The notes under the pieces were generated by a model. The model did no database searches and had not been told where the DNA came from. It saw only the letters and a program-made list of their open reading frames with translations. A DNA stretch of 64,000 nt from Felis catus. Taxonomy: Eukaryota. This document shows positions 1-11,777 of the stretch, in pieces. How positions within the stretch are numbered: position 1 is the first letter of the stretch; each line of letters begins with the position of its first letter. The stretch spans positions 77,750,001-77,814,000 of the forward strand of contig NC_058368.1 in the NCBI RefSeq assembly GCF_018350175.1, written 5' to 3'. The translations under genes and the position numbers were made by a program.

Positions 1-885
1 GACTCTATTTCAGGCATTGAGTAGGGTGTGGAAGGGACCAAGGAGCCCTACAAAGAGGGTGAACTGAGTCTGCCCGGCTAAGTCCAGAGTGGGAGAAACA
101 CGTTTCCAGCCTGGCCTCCCTCGGCAGTTCTGGGAACACAATGAACACATTCATTCTGCGGTCGAAGGGACTGGCGTGACCCTCAGGACTTTGAGGAGAA
201 AAAGGCTGATGTTTGATCCACAAGCAATAAAGGGTTCCCATCCAGCTTGGTAAAGTGACAGAAGACACAGAGGACCGTGAGCTGAGTCTGGGGTTGAGGA
301 CTGAGAAATGGAGAAAGAAGAGCAGACCCCAGAACAAGGACAAGGGAACTGGCCCACTCAACGTGGGAGGCGGCAGTGGGTGAAAGACGGTGTATTATGT
401 CAGGTAGAGCGGAACCATCTTTGAACACACGCACTGTCCATGAAAGGAGCAAGGGACTTTATTTAATTTGACAGCCAGGTTTAATTTTCCTCAGTCTCAT
501 TTATAGATACTGCTCTCACTACTTCCTGTCACCTTCCAGACCCCGTGTGGAAGAATGAGCAAAGTAATTCAGGCAATCTTGTAGTGGTCAGCAATCCCTT
601 TCAGGGAAAAAAGAAAAAAGACCTTTCCACGGTGGTGGCTACTCTTGTGTGGCCTCCTTTATAAAAAGACACATTGAACTTAGCTTGTGGGAATGATGAA
701 CTTGCAGGAATGTGCCCTTCCCATGCCACAGGGAACTTTCCTGAAGCACCGTCCACCGTGGTTCCCGGCCAGTTAATCACGGTTTTACTAAATTATAGGA
801 CGTTCACTGATTTCCAAAATAAACATTTTTTTTTTGTCAATTTGCAAAAGTGGGCATGGGTTCCTTGATTAAAAAAAAAAAGGCT

Positions 886-1104
886 GGGGCGCCTGGGTGG
901 CACAGTCGGTTAAGCGTCCGACTTCAGCCAGGTCATGATCTCGCGGTCCGGGAGTTCGAGCCCCGCGTCAGGCTCTGGGCTGATGGCTCAGAGCCTGGAG
1001 CCTGTTTCCGATTCTGTGTCTCCCTCTCTCTCTGCCCCTCCCCCGTTCATGCTCTGTCTCTCTCTGTCCCCCCAAAAAATAAATAAAAAACGTTGAAAAA
1101 AAAA
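886..1104 (+). mobile_element. Can-SINE, young feline-type subfamily (SINEC_Fc-like)
   Basis: tRNA-like head with A/B boxes, CAGCCAGG/TGGGCTGATGG diagnostics, CT tract, A-tail; TSD (A)nGGCT on both sides. Confidence 0.95.
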
Positions 1105-1914
1105 GGCTACCTAATCTCAAGATTTTGGATAATCTGAGATGATCTTGCTAACATCTGTGGATGAGGATAAAGGATGGGGCTTAGTGGTAGTTTGAAAACA
1201 TCCCTTCCATTGTGGGAAATAGGAAGACATCGCTCATCATTTCTCTCTTCTCTATTCTGTCTTTCCTCTGTATCATCTCCATTTTAAGTATCGTGTGTTG
1301 ACGCGCTTCTGTGTGTATGTATGGATTTATGCTCGTGTGCGTGTGTGTGTATCTTGGTTCCTATCTCCACTGGTTTTCAACGATACTGTAAAAAGATTCT
1401 GTCCGATTTAGCACGTGCTTTCAGGACACTGGAAGTCAAACTGGAAAGATCCAATTTTTTTTTTATAAAATAGAGAAAACAACAATTGAAACACCAAAGG
1501 AGGAGAAAAATTAAGAATCAAAATACTGGCGATATTGGCAAAAACCACATTGAGTTAACGTCTTCCTCCATAATGGTGGGAGGTGTTTTTGTTTTTGTTT
1601 TTGTTTTTTTTTTTAAGTAGAAAAGAAAGGAAATTACAACTTAACGTAAGCTCAGAGAAGTAGTTCGGAGTGAGGCAAGATCACAATGCAGGAAGGCACA
1701 ACCTGTGAACCCTGCCCAGAATGCAGTTCGAGAGGAACAAACCGAGAACACATACAAGTCTGAATAGTTAGGAAAAACTGAGGTATAGAATGATTTTGTC
1801 ATCTACGAGAAAAATAGGTGTTTTATTTTCTCTCTCCTGCAAAACTCTGTTGTTTGTTTATTGTTTAATTTCAACTTGAAGAAGTAAATGTTGGCTCAGA
1901 AAGGACAGAAAGAG

Positions 1915-2052
1915 GGGGTGGCCTGGATGGCTCAGTCAGTTAAGTACCCAACTCTTGATTTCGGCTCTGGTCACGATCTCACAGTTTGCGGGTTTGAGCC
2001 CTGCATCGGGCTCTGTGTCAGGCATGGAGCCTGCTTGGGATTCTCTCTCTCC

Positions 2053-2100
<48 letters not shown>

Positions 2101-2140
2101 ATAAATAAATAAACTTTAAAAAAAAGAGAAGAAAAGAAAA
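1915..2140 (+). mobile_element. Can-SINE (older subfamily)
   Basis: Head, long (CT)n, AATAAA, A-rich tail; imperfect TSD AAAGGACAGAA. Confidence 0.93.
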
Positions 2141-2475
2141 GAAAAGGACAGAAGAGGAGGAGAATAGATGAGATCAAATGTTGACTCCAAATGATTAAAT
2201 ATAAAGTAGATAATTTTTATGGGGGCCACGCACAGCTTGTGTTTCAGTAAGCTGTTTACACACTCCTATGAAGCAGACTCAATGCAGGGACTTGGGGGGC
2301 CGAGGAGAAAGAGGAGTTTTTGTGGAACTGGTGAAATGCAATTTGAGGTGCTCGTATATACCTTTGGAACGAAAGATGCTCCCTAAATCCCTGGGAAATG
2401 GCATTAAGGTCTGTGACTCTACAGCGGCCGAAGGCCTAAGGGAAGTGAATGATGAATTTAAAATACATATCCTAT

Positions 2476-2695
2476 GGGGCGCCTGGGTGGCTCATTCGGT
2501 AAAGCATCCAACTTCGGCTCAGGTCATGATCTCATGGTCTGTGAGTTTGAGCCCCGCATTGGGCTCTGTGCTGACAGCTTGGAGCCTGGAGCCTGCTTCG
2601 GATTCTGTGTCTCCCTCTATCTCTCTGCCCCTCCTCTGATCATGCTCTCTCTGTCTCTCTCTCTCTCTCTCAAAAATAAATAAACATTAAAAAAA
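2476..2695 (+). mobile_element. Can-SINE
   Basis: Typical structure; TSD AAATACATATCCTAT/AAATACATATTCTAT. Confidence 0.95.
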
Positions 2696-2828
2696 TTTAA
2701 ATACATATTCTATATTTCAGCATCAAATAGGAACAATTGGATGTGGCATGTCTACAGAAACAGAATAGTAATTCTGCTTCCAATTAGAGAAAACTCTAGG
2801 CTATTTTCTCAATTTTATGTTTCTTTCT

Positions 2829-2831
<3 letters not shown>

Positions 2832-2862
<31 letters not shown>

Positions 2863-2872
2863 CACGCACGCA
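2832..2872. repeat. (CA)n microsatellite
   Basis: Direct reading. Confidence 0.95.
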
Positions 2873-4194
2873 CCCACTCCTTTATTCATGTCACAAATAC
2901 GTACTGGTTGCCTTAGTGTCACTTTTCTAGGGACTTTGGATAGTTCAAGTTACAAAACAAGGCTGTTTGGAGCTTCCAGCCTAGTGGGGACGACAGAAGA
3001 TCAATGCCAACATGAAAAACTAGGAAATGTATGGCATCTCAGAAGCGTTAAGTGCTTTAGGAGGAAAAATAAGAAGCAGAACCCAGTGGGGAGCTGGTGA
3101 GGGCTGGGGCAGGGGTGGCCGAGAGCAGTTTTCCACAAGTGAGCCACAGACGCTACTGGCTGCGGCTCTGCCTCTATCCTACAGGACAGTGAAAGACGAT
3201 GTCCGAGTCAGTCTGAAATTGCACACCGGCTTCCCGGTTCTTTGACAGGCATGACGATGTTCAGAAGTTGGTGCATTCTTAACAAACGACACCATTTCAA
3301 CGTCATTGTGATTGGTTCAGGAAAGTGAATTTGAAGTGGGATCACGCCAGACCACAAGGCCAGAGTGAGTCACGGAGGAAATGTAAGTGAGATTGGACTA
3401 CCACGGGAAAAATGAGGCCACAGTGACCCTCGTCATCCCAATCGGGATGAGGCTGAAAGTCAGACGACAAAGCAAACACACAAATGGCCAGCGTGCGCTC
3501 AAAGCATGGCTTCCAGTAGAAATTACAATGCCAGAATTTACAGCACACCTTCTGGGGAGCCGTGGTTAATATCTGGTAAGAATCGTCAGGCAACGGCTTA
3601 TGATCTGTGGTTATAACCAGGCACAGTTACAGATAAAACATAATTATTGTTCACCTTTATCTCCAGTCAGAATGACAGTAGTTCAGATTCGCGAAAAGAG
3701 ACGAAAACTTCTTTGGGCACTGACTTTCAGTTGCTGCTGGTTATTTAAATTTTATGAAATTGTACTATGTGGATGATGAAGATAAAGAGGACTTTTTTAA
3801 TGTAAGATCATATCAGAAGATGTAGGGAAAGAAAAGAGAACTTCCCAAAGCACACCCATTAAAGTGCATGACACCTGAAACCAGGATAGCTGGGAGTTAC
3901 AACTTACAAAGCACCTTGTGCTATTAAGAACCATGTGAAGCGATGCCTCCCAGGGACCATTTTAGGAGGACACAACAGTGTGTGGGTTACGAAGGGGGTG
4001 GCAGTTTGCCCATTATTAGAAAGGCGATCGAAGTTGTTAAAGAGTGGCTGCTTTTTGCTGGGACAGGGAAAGTGGCTGAAGGACTCGATTTGAACTCGTT
4101 CCTAGCCACAGAAACTGAAGTGTCAAAATACAAATACCTAACATCAAAATATTAAATGAAACTAAAGCTACATGAGTTAATAAAATGAACTACA

Positions 4195-4403
4195 GGGGCA
4201 CCTGGGTGGCTCAGTCGGTTAAGCATCTGACTTTGGCTCAAGTCATGATCTCATAGTTTGTGGGGTCGAGCCCCACGTCGGGCTCTATGTTGATAGCTCG
4301 CAGCCTGGAGCCTGATTCAGATTCTGTGTCTCCCTCTCTCTCTCTGTCCCTGTCCCACTTGCACTCTGTCTCTCTCTCTAAAAAAAAAATGAACATTAAA
4401 GAA
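4195..4403 (+). mobile_element. Can-SINE
   Basis: Typical structure; TSD AATAAAATGAACTA/AATAAAATGAGCTA. Confidence 0.95.
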
Positions 4404-4691
4404 AATAAAATGAGCTATAATTTCCAGCCAAAGTAATGCTTTTCTTCCACTGCAATTGTTTCCTGATAATACCAAGAGACAGACATACAGAGAAAAGGAG
4501 TAGTTTAGGGAACAATGTCCAGGCATTATCCAGTTAAAATTAACTACCAGTTAATTTTGGAGGTAACAATCAGCTCTAACCATAGTTAGAGAATGGACAT
4601 TTTAATCAACGAAGTACTCTGATTAGATTAAAATTGCCAATGATATCATGCATTAATTCATATGGAAAGCAGCTTAAAAATTAGAATTCAA

Positions 4692-5550
4692 TGGCCAACA
4701 CACACACGAAAATATATCAATATCACTCATCATCAAGGAAACGCAAATTAAACCCACAATAAGCTGTCACCTCACACCCATCAGAATGTCTAGAATCAAC
4801 AACATAAGTAACAAGTGTTGGCAAGGATGTGGACTGTTGGTGGGAATGTCAATTAGTGCAGCCACTGTGGAAAAGTGTATGGAAGTGGCTCAGAAAATTA
4901 AAAACAGAACTGCCATATGATTCAGCAATTTCACTTCTGGGTATTTATCCCCCCCCCAAATGAAAACATCAATTTACAAAGATACAGGCACCTCTCTGTT
5001 CATTACAGCATTATTTACAATAGTCAAGATATGTGCCAATGAAGTGTCCATCCATAGATGAATGGATAAGGAAGGTAGGATACATATACACAGTGGAATA
5101 CTACTCAGCCATAAAAAAGAACGGGATCTTGCCAGTTGTAACAACACGGACGGAGCAGAAGCTGTGATGCTAAGCGAAATGAGTCAGACAGAGGAAGACA
5201 AATACCATAGGATTTCACTCCTGTGTGGAATCTACGAAACACACCACCAGACAAAACAAAACAAAAACTAGAGAACAAACTGATGGTTGCCACAGGGGTG
5301 TAGGGTAGGAGGACAGGTAAATAAGTGAAGGGAAGGAAAAGGTCCAAACTTCCTATTGTATAATAAGTAAGTCACAAGGATGTAAAGCACAGCATAGGGA
5401 ACAGAGTCATGAGTATAGTAATAGCTTGGAAGGGTGACAGGTGGTAATTAGATCTATTATGATGATTCCACCATGTATATAATATGAAGCCACTGTGTTG
5501 CACATCTGAAACTAATATAAAACTGTTTGCCAAATGTACTTCAATAAAAA
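4692..5550 (+). mobile_element. 5'-truncated L1 (ORF2 end + 3'UTR, L1MA9-like)
   Basis: L1 ORF2-end motifs (CACCTCACACCCATCAGAATG, TACTCAGCCATAAAAAAGAA), 3'UTR, AATAAA+polyA; TSD AAAAATTAGAATTCAA/AAAAATAAAATTCAA. Confidence 0.9.
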
Positions 5551-6185
5551 AAAAATAAAATTCAAGAAGTAAAGTGAATACTATAATGATTAGATTTTAT
5601 TTTTTGATGACTCAGGAAGCAGGATAAACATCACTTCTAGGCTGGACAGGGGAAAATGATAGGAAATTGAAGTGTATTTGCACTGGCCGAAGTCATACCT
5701 TTGAAATTGCTTTTGAGGATCAAACGAATATGACTGTTGTCATGCATGAAAATAAAAACAAAACAATCTGCCTCACTGGTTTTCACTCAGTTGAGGATGC
5801 TGTACTCATGATTAAAAGAATGCAAATGAATTTCAGGACTCCTATGCAATTTGCATTTCTTCATTCAACGCATTTGCACATTGAACGTCCAGAAATAAAA
5901 CGTTAAAGAAGAAAGATCGTTACACTAGGGAAGAGGCAGAGACCTGAGACATACCTGGAGAAATGAGCTCCAAGACTGTGAAATGTCGTTTGACCTCAAT
6001 CTGGAAACAGGGAGACATTTCTTAATGCAGTGTTCTGAGGAATAAGTGCAATCGTATCACTTGCTAGACCATCACCTGGTGCCCGGCACCTCAATCAGTT
6101 TACATTTAATTCCTCATGAATGAACCTCAGCCTCTCAATCGTTAATTAATTCCTCAAACCTTTACTGAATGCAAGCCTCCGTACG

Positions 6186-6392
6186 CAGCGATTCTCACCA
6201 GGGCTACTTCTGTCATTTGGTGAAACAGTTCTTGACCATGTGGGACTGTGCCCGGTGCACTGTGGAGCGATCGGCATCCCTACCCACGGGTATTGGGAGG
6301 GTTCCCCAGTCCCGCGTGGCAACCAAGTATGCCTTGCTATGCATTTAGAAACACATAGAGGGAGGCGGGACCAACCCCGGCTGTGAACCCTT
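6186..6392. mobile_element. Degenerate hAT-type DNA transposon remnant (MER20-like)
   Basis: GATTCTCACCAGGG start and GGCTGTGAACC end resemble MER20 termini; internal GGGACTGTGCCCGGTGCACTGTGGAG. Confidence 0.55.
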
Positions 6393-6544
6393 ACCTGCTG
6401 GAGCTGGAAGGACAGAGCTCTGCCCTGCAGGAGCCGGGCTTGCTAATGCCTCGCCTGAGTTATTTAGAAATGTATGGAGAGGTCTATTAACTGTAGCAGG
6501 CAATTATGCCACGGTCATCCTCCCGGCTAATGCGGCCATGTCTT

Positions 6545-6715
6545 CCGAGGCACTAATAGAAGTACCTTAGATATACTACCCTGTCACAAACTGCTACAAT
6601 CCCCATTTGGAGGTGGGGACACTGAGGCCCAAAGAGATGGCGTGACTGCTGTGACAACCAGAAAGTGGTAGAGCTCAGGTCCCAACAGGCAAGCAGGGTA
6701 CAGAGTCTGTGCTGA
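6545..6715 (-). mobile_element. MIR remnant
   Basis: CCCCATTTGGAGGTGGGGACACTGAGGCCCAAAGAG resembles the MIR core (reverse orientation). Confidence 0.6.
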
Positions 6716-6805
6716 GCCCCCAGAGAGCAGATGTTCTAAAAACCCCCCTTAGGACAGCATTTCCAAACATGCTAGATATTTTTTTTAATTAATAACAATT
6801 TCAAT

Positions 6806-6960
6806 GCAGGGGTAACATCGTGATTTGTAAGAAGAAATAGATACTTGGCCTCTGTCCCTGTTTTGGGACAGAGCTCCTAAAACCCTTGGGATTTCCATAG
6901 TGATGAAAGGTGTCTTTTTTAATGAAATGAGGTGACTCTGGCCCACACCGAAGGATGATT
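6806..6960. mobile_element. ERV LTR fragment (MER21-like)
   Basis: TTGGCCTCTGTCCCTG...ACAGAGCTCCTAAAACCCTTGGGATTTCC resembles MER21-type LTRs. Confidence 0.5.
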
Positions 6961-7406
6961 ACTCATAAAATTATACAGAGAGAGGACCTGAGTAGGAACA
7001 GACTTCAGAGCTGTGGTCCTTAACGTTGCTACTGTCCTGGGTCGCTCACAGATGGGATAACACCGTTGTCAGTAACAGCCTTCTATGCGCAGAATGATTC
7101 TCAAGGTGACACAGGTGAGCAGTCCACAGATACTTCAGAATCTCGGCTGCAAACATGCACCTGCACACCGTTCCACGATGGAAATCTTTATATATACAGC
7201 TCCATCCCAGCCTCGCTCAAAAAACCCTGCTGCAGATTTCCAAGTGCCAAGGCTTGTCAGTGGTGTGAAAGCTGCAGAAGGGAGAGATTGCCCTCCTAGG
7301 ATCGCTGCTCTTAGGTTTCAAGTGGGCATGGAAGGGGGACTGGTGGTTCTTATCAATGGAAATAAGGCAAATCAGCATGATGAGTACATACAAGATGAAA
7401 GTAAGG

Positions 7407-7622
7407 GGGGCGCCTGGGTGGCTCAGTCGGTGAAGCATCCGACTTCAGCTCAGGTCATGATCTTGTGGGTTCATAAGTTCGAGCCCCGCATCGGGCTCTG
7501 TGCTGATAGCTCGGAACCTGGAGCTTGCTTCAGATTCTGTGTCTCCCTCTCTCTCTGACCCTCTGCCGCTCAAATATACTCTCGCTCTCTCTCAAAAATA
7601 CATTTAAAACATTAAAAAAAAT
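7407..7622 (+). mobile_element. Can-SINE
   Basis: Typical head/body/tail. Confidence 0.95.
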
Positions 7623-7708
7623 AAGACAAAAAAATTTTTTGTTTACATTGTATCCCCAATTTGTTTAAAATTGTAGCCATTTTTTTCTGCTTATAAAAAT
7701 AATATCTG

Positions 7709-7927
7709 GGGGCACCTAGGTGGCTTGGTTGGTTAAGCGTCTGACTTCGGCTCAGGTCATGATCTCACGGTCCGTGAGTTCAAGCCCCGCGTCGGGCTCT
7801 GTGCTGACAGCTCAGAGCCTGGAGCCTGTTTCAGATTCTGTGTCTCCCTCTCTCTCTGCCCCTCCCCTGTTCATGCTCTGTCTCTCTCTCTCAAAAATAA
7901 ATAAATGTTAAAAAAAATTAAAAAAAA
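7709..7927 (+). mobile_element. Can-SINE
   Basis: Typical structure; TSD ~AAAATAATATCT/AAAAAAATATCT. Confidence 0.95.
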
Positions 7928-9500
7928 TATCTGATGAAGCCAAGGAAAATCAAAATTGAAAAGAAGCAGTTATATACTATGCTTTATTTAATAATACAAC
8001 GTGGGTGTATTTTATATTAATAAACAAACCTGCAGTGTGTATACAGAGGTGTATTACATGGAATTGGCCTTATTTAGATAATTGCCACCTTACAGATATT
8101 GAAGATTTTTCCATTTTTTTGGGTACACAATGGGGATAAGCCTTGATTATACATCCCTGTATACATGTTCTCTATTCCAAAAAGTTGTACTGCTGGCTCA
8201 GAGGGCAATGGAAACGCTGGGTAACATCGGGCAACTTGAATTCCTACGTTGCTTCTAGCTTTAATTTCTACAAATAATGCAAGAGAATTTCTATTCCCAC
8301 CCTCAGCAGCAATGGGATTTTTCAAATTCAAAGTCAAGTCCAGAAGACCCAACTGATTGGGAAATGGATGTCCTGAGTTCAGTGAAGAAGCCAGAGCATA
8401 TCTGTTATAAATCACAACAGTTAATGCCATTTTTTTCAAAAAAAAAAAAAAGTGTGGAAGGGAAGGGAATTGATAGATCCAAGTTTCTATCTCAACAAAA
8501 TGTCAATATTTGTAGGGTGAGAGAAAGGAGACCTACGGGAAAAAGTTGGAATAGAGATCAGTAAAGTAGTTGGAAAATAAGACGATAGTTGTGTAACAGA
8601 AGGCAAGGTAGATGGGACTTTTTTTAGAATACCACATAATAATAGTTAACACTTGAATCATTCTGGATCCTGAAGCCTCAAAGCACTCTGCAGTCTAATC
8701 ATCGGAATTTTATAATACCCATGGTACGGAGAGAGTAAGCCAACAGGAAAACTTGGATAAAAAGACGTTCGTTAGATAGATGGATGGCTCAAGGGTTTAC
8801 TCAACCTTGGCAATGTCAGAGACTCAAAGCCTTAGGTTATGGAAGGAAATGTGGACTCTCTTCAAAATTACTGCACCTTTAATATTTACACATTCCCAGT
8901 TTCAGCCGATTTTCAGAGCCAGAGTTCAGCAGCTGCAGATTAAAAGCTGTGAATTTAAACATTTCAGGACAACACGAGAGGAAATTTTTCACAGAAAACA
9001 AAAGTCTCGGGAGACACAGTGCACTCCCCAGCTTTGCAAGCTCACCCCACATCTCTGACTTTGTTTTCCACATGGGGCTTTGCAGAGATTAACCCACAGA
9101 TGAGTCACCGAGTTTTCAATATTTGAAGAGACTACGTGAAGCCTCTTTTTAAAAGAGTTTGCACTTAAATCAGCATACAGTTAAACTGATCTGTGTGTAC
9201 AGTTCTATGAATTTTGACATGTGTAGGTTCTTGTAACAACAGCCACAGTCGAGATAGGAAACAGTCCTGCCCCTCCCCCAAACCTCTGTCATCCTGTTCC
9301 TTTCAAGTTACACAACCCCTCACCCTAGCCCCTGGCAAGCACTACTGTGTTTTCCTTCTCCACAGAGCTTTGTGTTTTTCAAAATGTAATATGACAGAAT
9401 TGGAATCGTATCGTACATCACCTTTCAAGACTAACTTCTGTCTTTCCACTAATGTGCCAGAGATGCTTCTGCTCTGTTGTAGGTGTCAATAATTCATTGG

Positions 9501-9733
9501 TTTTAATTTTTAATTTTTTAACTTTTTAAAAATCTTTATTTTTGAGAGAGAGACAGGGTGACAGAGTGCGAGCGAGGAAGGGGCAGAGAGAGAGGGAGAC
9601 ACAGAATCCGAAGCAGGTTCCAGGCTCTGAGCCATCAGCACTGAGCCTGATGTGGGGCTCGAACCCACAAACTGTGAGATCATGACCTGAGCCGAAGTCA
9701 GACACTTAACCTACTGAGCCACCCAGGCGCCCT
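9501..9733 (-). mobile_element. Can-SINE
   Basis: Reverse-complement SINE ending GAGCCACCCAGGCGCCC. Confidence 0.95.
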
Positions 9734-10124
9734 GATAAGTCATCATTTTTAATTGCTGATTACAATTCCACGGTACGGAAGTACCACAGTTTGTTCATCT
9801 GTTCATGCCCTGAAAGATATTTGAGATGACTTCAGTTTGGGGCCATTCTGAATGGTCTTTATAAACATACAAACTTGTATAAACATATGTTTATATTTTT
9901 GCCTGGATAAAATATATTTTGCCTGAGTAAAACATAAAAGAATTCTTTGAAAAAGAAAGGAGTGGGGTTTCCAGGTCATATGGTAAGTATGTATTTCATT
10001 TTACAAGAAACTGACAAATTTTTCCAGGATGCCTCTGATATTTTGTACGGTTTTGCACTCCTTTACTTCTTCAATGATGTGCAAGACATCCAGTTGCTTG
10101 GGATATGAACCAGCACTTGAAATT

Positions 10125-10152
10125 TTCTCTCTCTCCCTTTCTCTCTCTCTCA

Positions 10153-10213
<61 letters not shown>

Positions 10214-10472
10214 GAGGTATATATGTATATATATGTATATATATGTATATATATGTATATATATACATGTACAAATATATGTGTACACATATGTACACAT
10301 ATGTACACATATATATGTATATATGCACACATATATATGTATATATATACTTACATATACATACATGTGTACACTTAATATATATATATACTTAACATAT
10401 ATATACTTTATATATACTTAATATATATAAATACTTTATACACACACACACACACATATATATATATACTTA
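10125..10472. repeat. Compound (CT)n(TA)n(CA)n and degenerate TA/CA/TG microsatellite
   Basis: Direct reading; source of the YIYI ORFs. Confidence 0.95.
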
Positions 10473-11536
10473 ATGTTAGTTACTCTAATAGGTTGCAGTG
10501 GCTTTAATTTGTATTTCTGTAATGGCTAACAATGTCGAACATCTTGTCAAGTGCTATCTATGCATCCTCTTTGCTTAAGTGTCCATACACATTGTCTTCC
10601 CATTTTTCCATTGAGTTGTTGTTTTTATTACAATTGTTTTCGACGGTTCTTTGTCTACTCTCCCTGCAAGTTTTGCTTTGCAAATCTCGCGCCCCCTCCC
10701 ACTGACTCTTCAGTTTCATTTTACTCTTTAACTGTCATTCATACAGCAAAAAGTTTCCATTTTCTTTTCTTTTTATCATGTCACTTTCAATTAGTTTTCT
10801 TTCCAGAGACACTTACTCTCTCTGCCTACATTTTTTTCTTGAGCATCTGTATGTTCTGATAAACTAGAGTATGTTATTAAGGTTATCTGACCTTTTGGCT
10901 ATACCTAAAATAGTGCCTTAGAGCTCATCTCTTCTGTGAGTGTCATTGCCCGAGACCTTTTCCTGGCAGCAACTGGTCTACCACTTTCTGATGGCTTTCT
11001 CCCTTAACTTTGTTTCAATCGATTGTTTGATGTCATCTGTGTATCAGCTGGCAGAGAAAATGGGAGTCCTTGTACAGGGTGGTTATTTGTGCAAATAATT
11101 TAATATTTATTATTCATCTCATGCATGGTTTTCCAAAGCAATATGGTAAGCCTGGCAATTTCTGAGGACTGAGTTGCGCTATAACTACACACAAGATTAC
11201 CATGGTAGGATAAACAGTGAGAATTGTTTAGCAAGGGAATCCTAAAAGAGTGACAGGAATTGCTGCATTGTCAATATAACGGATATGATTTAAAGGTCAA
11301 AACAAACGAAGATAATCTGAAAGTACAGGCCTGAGATTAGCCCCATGAAGGGTGCAGGTCCTGCTTCAGTGTTTAGAGATCATCCAACTCAAGACATCCA
11401 AAATCAATGGCAATCTATCTGATTTTAGATAGTAAGAATAACTGATTTTTATCCTGCTCAGATAAAGAGTAGTCAAGAAAACACCTTCAAACACGAGGCA
11501 GCTTGGAAAGTGTTTGTCCATTAAATGACCAGAGGA

Positions 11537-11777
11537 GGGGCGCCTGGGTGGCGCAGTCGGTTAAGCGTCCGACTTCAGCCAGGTCACGATCTCGCGGTCC
11601 GTGAGTTCGAGCCCCGCGTCGGGCTCTGGGCTGATGGCTCAGAGCCTGGAGCCTGTTTCCGATTCTGTGTCTCCCTTTCTCTCTGCCCCTCCCCTGTTCA
11701 TGCTCTGTCTCTCTCTGTACCAAAAATAAATAAACGTTGAAAAAAAAATTATAAAAAAAAATAAAAAATAAATAAAT
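11537..11777 (+). mobile_element. Can-SINE, young feline-type subfamily
   Basis: CpG-intact body; perfect 14-bp TSD AAATGACCAGAGGA (11523-11536, 11778-11791). Confidence 0.97.

Larger units (their letters stand above)
9160..10760 (-). mobile_element. Old L1 3' region (L1MC/ME-like), interrupted by a SINE and a microsatellite
   Basis: Reverse L1 3'UTR/ORF2-end motifs (TGTGTACAGTTCTATGAATTTTGACA, GGTCATATGGTAAGTATGTATTT, TTTAATTTGTATTTCTGTAATGGCTAACAATGT). Confidence 0.75.

Noticed and set aside
6850..6873. 9-bp hairpin CTCTGTCCC/GGGACAGAG
   Set aside because: Inside an LTR remnant and within chance expectation
7085..7558. 157-aa ORF
   Set aside because: Last third is SINE-derived; the rest has no recognisable homology
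10001..10421. Overlapping Tyr/Ile-rich ORFs on both strands
   Set aside because: Microsatellite lacking stop codons
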